From: Actinomycetota bacterium | GTDB taxonomy: Bacteria; Actinomycetota; Actinomycetes; S36-B12; UBA5976 | Direction: 5' to 3' | DNA length: 24,000 bases | Assembly: GCA_041179585.1 (NCBI GenBank) | Contig: JBEGTB010000059.1 | Coordinates: forward strand, 4,082 to 28,081 | In this document: one piece after another, positions 19,216 to 24,000 of the stretch | Layout of the letters: the number at the start of each line of letters is the position of its first letter | Numbering within the stretch: the stretch's first letter is position 1 | The notes under the pieces: model-generated | Told to the model about the DNA's origin: nothing | The model's database searches: none | Seen by the model: only the letters and a program-made list of their open reading frames with translations | Made by a program: the position numbers and the translations under genes

Positions 19216-19272
19216 AACCTAGACACCAAAGAAAAAAATTGGCAGTACTAAAGAAAAGGACGGTCAAGCCAA

Positions 19273-19581
19273 ATGGCTGGACAAAAGATCCGAATCAGGC
19301 TTAAAGCCTACGATCACGAAGTCATTGACTCTTCGGCACGCAAGATTGTCGAAACAGTGACGCCTACTGGCGCGAAAGTTGCTGGACCTGTTCCGCTGCC
19401 AACTGAGAAGAACGTTTACTGTGTAATCCGTTCTCCGCACAAGTACAAGGACTCACGCGAGCACTTCGAAATGCGCACCCACAAACGACTTATCGACATC
19501 ATCGACCCAACACCAAAGACAGTTGACTCATTAATGCGTCTTGACCTGCCTGCAGGTGTTGATATCGAGATCAAGCTCTAG
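19273..19581 (+). CDS. rpsJ: 30S ribosomal protein S10
   Basis: 102 aa, [29 protein letters not shown]... Confidence 0.99.
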   Translation: MAGQKIRIRLKAYDHEVIDSSARKIVETVTPTGAKVAGPVPLPTEKNVYCVIRSPHKYKDSREHFEMRTHKRLIDIIDPTPKTVDSLMRLDLPAGVDIEIKL

Positions 19582-19594
19582 GACGTAACTGATC

Positions 19595-20242
19595 ATGGCT
19601 CACAATAAAAAGGGAATACTTGGCGAAAAGCTAGGTATGACCCAGGTATGGGACGAGAACAATCACATTGTTCCCGTAACAGTTGTTAAGGCTTCATCTT
19701 GTGTTGTTACACAAGTTCGTACGCCTGAAACTGATGGTTACTCAGCTGTTCAAATCGGTTTTGGTCAGATTGATCCTCGCAAGGTATCTCAACCAATGAT
19801 CGGTCACTTCACTAAGGCTGGCGTAACACCACGTCGTCACTTAGTTGAACTACGTTTTGATGACACAACAGGTTACGAAGCTGGTCAAGAACTTGGCCCA
19901 GACACATTTGCTGCTGGCGCTGACATTGACGTAACTGGCGTAACAAAAGGTAAAGGCTTTGCTGGAACTATGAAGCGTCATGGTTTCCATGGCGTTAGCG
20001 CTTCACACGGTCAGCACAAAAACCACCGCAAGCCTGGTTCAATCGGAGCTTGCGCAACACCTGGTCGCGTATTTAAAGGTATGCGAATGTCAGGCCGTAT
20101 GGGTGGCGTATCAAAGACCATCCAGAATCTTTCAGTTCACTCAGTTGATACTGACAAGGGTCTGATCTTGGTTAAAGGCGCAATCCCTGGCCCTAAGGGT
20201 GCAGTCGTACTTATCCGCGACGCAGCAAAGGGAGCTAAGTAA
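19595..20242 (+). CDS. rplC: 50S ribosomal protein L3
   Basis: 215 aa, ...[25 protein letters not shown]... and [12 protein letters not shown]. Position is conserved in the S10 operon. Confidence 0.98.
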   Translation: MAHNKKGILGEKLGMTQVWDENNHIVPVTVVKASSCVVTQVRTPETDGYSAVQIGFGQIDPRKVSQPMIGHFTKAGVTPRRHLVELRFDDTTGYEAGQELGPDTFAAGADIDVTGVTKGKGFAGTMKRHGFHGVSASHGQHKNHRKPGSIGACATPGRVFKGMRMSGRMGGVSKTIQNLSVHSVDTDKGLILVKGAIPGPKGAVVLIRDAAKGAK

Positions 20243-20916
20243 TGACTTCAGTAACTGTTAAAACTCCTGCTGGCGCAAGCGCTGGCAGCGTTGAATTACC
20301 AAGTGACATCTTTGATGCACAGGTAAACGTTGGTCTACTACACCAAGTTGTGGTTGCTCAGCTTGCTGCTGCTCGTCAGGGCACACACCAAGCAAAGCGC
20401 CGCGGCGAAGTTAGCGGTTCAGGTAAGAAGCCTTTCAAGCAGAAAGGTACTGGTCGTGCTCGTCAAGGTTCGATCCGTGCACCTCAATACCGCGGTGGTG
20501 GCGTAGTACATGGTCCAAAGCCACGTGACTACGAACAACGCACACCTAAAAAAATGAAGTCAGCAGCACTTCGCGGTGCACTTTCAGATCGCGCACGTAA
20601 CGGAAACGTTCACGTACTAAGCGCAATCGTTGAAGGGCAAACACCAAATACAAAGAGTGCTTTGGCTGCAATCAATTCAGTTTCAACTGCCAAGAACATC
20701 TTGGTTGTTGTTGATCGCACAGATCTAGTTAGCTGGATGAGTCTGCGCAACGTGGATGCAATCCACTTGGTTGCAGTTGATCAGCTAAACACCTACGACG
20801 TTCTTGTTAGCGACGATGTCGTTTTCACAAAGGCTGCCATCGAAGCACTTTCAAATGGTCCAGCACGCGGCAAGAGCGCAAAAGCAGTAGCAAGTTCAGC
20901 AGAGGTTGATGCGTAA
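20242..20916 (+). CDS. rplD: 50S ribosomal protein L4
   Basis: 224 aa containing [35 protein letters not shown]. Its start overlaps the rplC stop (TAATG). Confidence 0.98.
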   Translation: MTSVTVKTPAGASAGSVELPSDIFDAQVNVGLLHQVVVAQLAAARQGTHQAKRRGEVSGSGKKPFKQKGTGRARQGSIRAPQYRGGGVVHGPKPRDYEQRTPKKMKSAALRGALSDRARNGNVHVLSAIVEGQTPNTKSALAAINSVSTAKNILVVVDRTDLVSWMSLRNVDAIHLVAVDQLNTYDVLVSDDVVFTKAAIEALSNGPARGKSAKAVASSAEVDA

Positions 20917-21215
20917 TGAAAATTGCAGATCCACGCGACATTCTGATTGCACCAGTTATCTCTGAAAAGAGCTACAAGTTGCTTGATGAAAACAAGTACA
21001 CATTCGTTGTTCGCCCGGATGCTAACAAGACTCAAGTTAAGTTAGCTGTTGCTGAAGTATTCGGCGTAAAGGTAACCAACGTAAACATCATCAATCGTCG
21101 GGGCAAGCAAGTACGTACACGCATTGGCTTTGGTAAGCGCAATGACCAAAAGCGTGCAATCGTAACTGTTGCTCAAGGCGACCGCATCGACATCTTTGGT
21201 GGACCGGTTAGCTAA
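20916..21215 (+). CDS. rplW: 50S ribosomal protein L23
   Basis: 99 aa, ...[12 protein letters not shown]...YTFVV...[18 protein letters not shown]... Its start overlaps the rplD stop (TAATG). Confidence 0.98.
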   Translation: MKIADPRDILIAPVISEKSYKLLDENKYTFVVRPDANKTQVKLAVAEVFGVKVTNVNIINRRGKQVRTRIGFGKRNDQKRAIVTVAQGDRIDIFGGPVS

Positions 21216-21243
21216 CCGGGACGAAGTTATTAGGAACTAGATA

Positions 21244-22080
21244 ATGGGTATTCGTAAATACAAGCCAACGACACCAGGTCGTCGTGGCGCAAGTGTTGCC
21301 GACTTCGTCGAAATCACACGTTCAACACCTGAAAAGTCATTGGTTCGTCCACTGAATTCAAAGGGTGGTCGTAACAACGCAGGTCGCGTAACTGCTCGTC
21401 ACCAAGGTGGCGGACACAAGCGTGCTTACCGCGTAATTGATTTCCGTCGCGCCGATAAAGATGGTGTGCCAGCAAATGTTGCGCACATTGAATACGATCC
21501 AAACCGTACTGCACGTATTGCACTGCTTCATTTCGCAGACGGTGAAAAGCGTTACATCATCGCGCCAAACAAACTTAAGCAAGGCGACCGCGTAGAAACC
21601 GGTCCAAGTGCTGACATCAAGCCAGGCAATAACTTGCCACTTCGCAACATCCCAGTGGGTACCGTTGTTCACGCAATTGAACTTCGCCCAGGTGGTGGCG
21701 CAAAGATCGCACGTAGTGCTGGCGCAAGCGTTCAGCTAGTTGCTAAAGACGGTCCATACGCACAACTTCGTATGCCATCTGGTGAAATTCGTAACGTCGA
21801 TGCACGTTGCCGCGCAACCGTTGGTGAAGTTGGCAACGCCGAACAATCAAACATCAACTGGGGTAAAGCCGGTCGTATGCGTTGGAAGGGCAAGCGCCCA
21901 ACTGTTCGTGGTGTTGCAATGAACCCGGTTGATCACCCACATGGTGGTGGTGAAGGTAAAACTTCTGGTGGACGTAACCCAGTTAACCCAGCTGGTAAGC
22001 CTGAAGGCCGTACCCGTAGTCGTAATAAGGCAAGTGACGCAATGATCGTTCGTCGTCGCAAGTCCGGTAAGAATCGCTAG
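21244..22080 (+). CDS. rplB: 50S ribosomal protein L2
   Basis: 278 aa, [15 protein letters not shown]... and [18 protein letters not shown]. Confidence 0.99.
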   Translation: MGIRKYKPTTPGRRGASVADFVEITRSTPEKSLVRPLNSKGGRNNAGRVTARHQGGGHKRAYRVIDFRRADKDGVPANVAHIEYDPNRTARIALLHFADGEKRYIIAPNKLKQGDRVETGPSADIKPGNNLPLRNIPVGTVVHAIELRPGGGAKIARSAGASVQLVAKDGPYAQLRMPSGEIRNVDARCRATVGEVGNAEQSNINWGKAGRMRWKGKRPTVRGVAMNPVDHPHGGGEGKTSGGRNPVNPAGKPEGRTRSRNKASDAMIVRRRKSGKNR

Positions 22081-22091
22081 GAGATAACGAA

Positions 22092-22373
22092 GTGCCACGC
22101 AGTCTTAAAAAGGGTCCATTTATCGATGGACATTTGCAGAAAAAGGTCGATGACCAAAATGCAAAGGGAACCAAGAACGTAATTAAAACTTGGTCACGTC
22201 GCAGTGTTATCGCTCCATCAATGCTGGGTCACACCTTGGCAGTGCATGACGGTCGCAAACATGTTCCAGTTTTCGTAACTGAAGACATGGTTGGCCACAA
22301 GCTAGGCGAATTCGCTCCAACACGTACTTTCAAAGGTCACGTAAAAGACGATCGCAAAGCAAAGCGTTCGTAA
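22092..22373 (+). CDS. rpsS: 30S ribosomal protein S19
   Basis: 93 aa, (V)[14 protein letters not shown]...[37 protein letters not shown] start. Confidence 0.99.
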   Translation: MPRSLKKGPFIDGHLQKKVDDQNAKGTKNVIKTWSRRSVIAPSMLGHTLAVHDGRKHVPVFVTEDMVGHKLGEFAPTRTFKGHVKDDRKAKRS

Positions 22374-22408
22374 GTAAAAGATTTAAAGAGAAGAGATAGG
22401 GATACAAG

Positions 22409-22795
22409 ATGGCAGCCGTAGCTAGTAACTCGGCACGTGCACAGGCGCGTTTCGTTCGCGTAACGCCGCAAAAAGCACGTCGCGTTATCGATTTAATTCG
22501 TGGGTTACCTGCAAGTGATGCACAAGCATTACTTCGCTTCGCCCCACAGAGTGCTAGTGAGCCAATTGGCAAAGTGCTAGATAGCGCAATTGCTAACGCC
22601 ACTAATAACTACAACCTAGACTCACGCACTCTTGTAGTGTCTGAAGCTTTCGTTGACGAAGGTCCGACTATGAAGCGTTTCCGTCCTCGTGCACAGGGTC
22701 GCGCAAGTCAGATCCTTAAGCGCACATCACACATCACTGTTGTTGTTGAATCAGTAGACGCTGCATCAATTTCTAACACTAAGAAGAAGGGCTAA
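22409..22795 (+). CDS. rplV: 50S ribosomal protein L22
   Basis: 128 aa, ...[24 protein letters not shown]...[27 protein letters not shown]. Confidence 0.98.
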   Translation: MAAVASNSARAQARFVRVTPQKARRVIDLIRGLPASDAQALLRFAPQSASEPIGKVLDSAIANATNNYNLDSRTLVVSEAFVDEGPTMKRFRPRAQGRASQILKRTSHITVVVESVDAASISNTKKKG

Positions 22796-22798
22796 TCC

Positions 22799-23593
22799 AT
22801 GGGTCAGAAGATTAATCCTTATGGTTTCCGTCTAGGTATCACAACGGAATACCGTTCAAAGTGGTTTGCCGATTCAACCAAGAAGGGCGAGCGCTACCGC
22901 GACTACGTCACTGAAGATGTGAAGATTCGCAAGCTGATGACCGAAGGCATGGAACGTGCTGGTATTTCACGTGTTGAAATCGAACGCACCCGTGATCGCG
23001 TACGCGTTGACATTCACACAGCCCGCCCAGGCATTGTGATCGGTCGCCGTGGTCAAGAAGCAGACACCATTCGTGGAAAGCTTGAAAAGCTAACTGGCAA
23101 GCAAGTTCAGTTAAACGTGCTTGAAGTTAAGAACCCAGAAGCTGATGCTCAGCTAGTTGCTCAAGGTATTGCAGAACAACTTGTAAGCCGTGTTTCATTC
23201 CGTCGCGCTATGAAAAAGGGCATCCAAAGTGCACTTAAGTCAGGTGCTAAGGGTGTTCGCGTTCAGGTTTCAGGTCGTCTTGGTGGCGCTGAAATGAGCC
23301 GTACTGAGTTCTACCGCGAAGGCCGCGTTCCTTTGCACACACTTCGTGCTGACATTGATTACGGTTTCTACGAAGCGCACACAACTTTCGGTCGTATCGG
23401 CGTGAAGGTTTGGATCTACAAGGGCGATGCAGTTGGTAGCCGCGCTGAACGTGAAGCAGCAGCTGCAACAGCAGCAGCGCGTGCTCCTCGCGCGCCACGT
23501 GCTCCACGCGCTCCTCGTGCAAATGAAGCAGCAGCTCCAGCCGCAACAGCTGAAACAACAGCTCCAGCAGCAGAAGTAACGGAAGGTGCGTAA
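22799..23593 (+). CDS. rpsC: 30S ribosomal protein S3 with a low-complexity Ala/Pro/Arg C-terminal tail
   Basis: 264 aa, [16 protein letters not shown]... with KH-domain and S3-C regions. The tail is [44 protein letters not shown]. Confidence 0.99.
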   Translation: MGQKINPYGFRLGITTEYRSKWFADSTKKGERYRDYVTEDVKIRKLMTEGMERAGISRVEIERTRDRVRVDIHTARPGIVIGRRGQEADTIRGKLEKLTGKQVQLNVLEVKNPEADAQLVAQGIAEQLVSRVSFRRAMKKGIQSALKSGAKGVRVQVSGRLGGAEMSRTEFYREGRVPLHTLRADIDYGFYEAHTTFGRIGVKVWIYKGDAVGSRAEREAAAATAAARAPRAPRAPRAPRANEAAAPAATAETTAPAAEVTEGA

Positions 23594-23596
23594 AGC

Positions 23597-24000
23597 ATGT
23601 TAATTCCACGTCGCGTTAAGCACCGTAAGCAGCACCACCCAGACCGTCACGGTCGCTCAAAGGGCGGTAACGAAGTTTCTTTCGGTCAATGGGGTCTGCA
23701 AGCAATTGAACCTGCTTATGTAACCAACCGTCAGATTGAATCTGCACGTATCGCAATGACACGTCACATTCGTCGTGGTGGAAAAGTTTGGATCAACATT
23801 TACCCAGACCGTCCACTAACTAAGAAGCCTGCTGAAACTCGTATGGGTTCAGGTAAAGGTTCTCCAGAATGGTGGATTGCAAACATCAAGCCAGGTCGTG
23901 TGCTTTTTGAAATTGCATTCCCGAACGAAAAAGTTGCTCACGAAGCGCTTAGCCGTGCAATGCACAAACTTCCAATGAAGTGCCGCATTATTGCCCGAGA
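23597..24000 (+). CDS. rplP: 50S ribosomal protein L16, 3'-truncated by the window end
   Basis: This ORF is absent from the supplied track because no stop codon falls in the window. From ATG at 23597 it translates to [93 protein letters not shown]..., a canonical L16. It starts 3 nt after the rpsC stop. Confidence 0.97.
   Translation, partial: MLIPRRVKHRKQHHPDRHGRSKGGNEVSFGQWGLQAIEPAYVTNRQIESARIAMTRHIRRGGKVWINIYPDRPLTKKPAETRMGSGKGSPEWWIANIKPGRVLFEIAFPNEKVAHEALSRAMHKLPMKCRIIAR

Noticed and set aside
23247-23609. 120-aa minus-strand ORF antisense to the rpsC tail
   Set aside because: It is produced by the GC-rich Ala/Pro/Arg repeat region being open in several frames. The resulting Leu/Glu/Arg-rich low-complexity sequence has no plausible function.

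Overview
This window is mostly core actinobacterial gene-expression machinery on the + strand. It holds rpoB-rpoC (2887-10258), the str operon rpsL-rpsG-fusA-tuf (14852-19140), and the start of the S10 operon rpsJ-rplC-rplD-rplW-rplB-rpsS-rplV-rpsC-rplP (19273 to the window end; rplP is truncated). Three protein signatures indicate Actinobacteria: an RpoC starting [14 protein letters not shown] with a long charged insertion, the RpoB N-terminus, and an Ala/Pro/Arg-rich S3 tail. The moderate-to-low GC suggests a streamlined lineage, but that is inference only. The 5' end carries the C-terminus of an OppF/DppF-type ABC ATPase converging on an S9 (DPP-IV-like) peptidase. Between rpoC and rpsL lies a small non-core block: a SOUL heme-binding-family gene, a 932-aa secreted multidomain S8 subtilase on the minus strand, and a TauE/SafE (TSUP) permease. 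I found no CRISPR array, transposase, integrase, tRNA/rRNA, or recognisable defence or toxin module, and I cannot honestly claim a new multi-gene system here. Three things are most worth a second look. First, the 335-bp repeat- and palindrome-rich spacer upstream of rpsL is a candidate structured leader or operator. Second, the S8 protease has an unusual domain architecture and no visible anchor. Third, three non-ribosomal genes have -10-like hexamers 5-6 nt upstream of their start codons, which suggests leaderless mRNAs. All motif coordinates were read by eye from the sequence; no searches or folding calculations were run.
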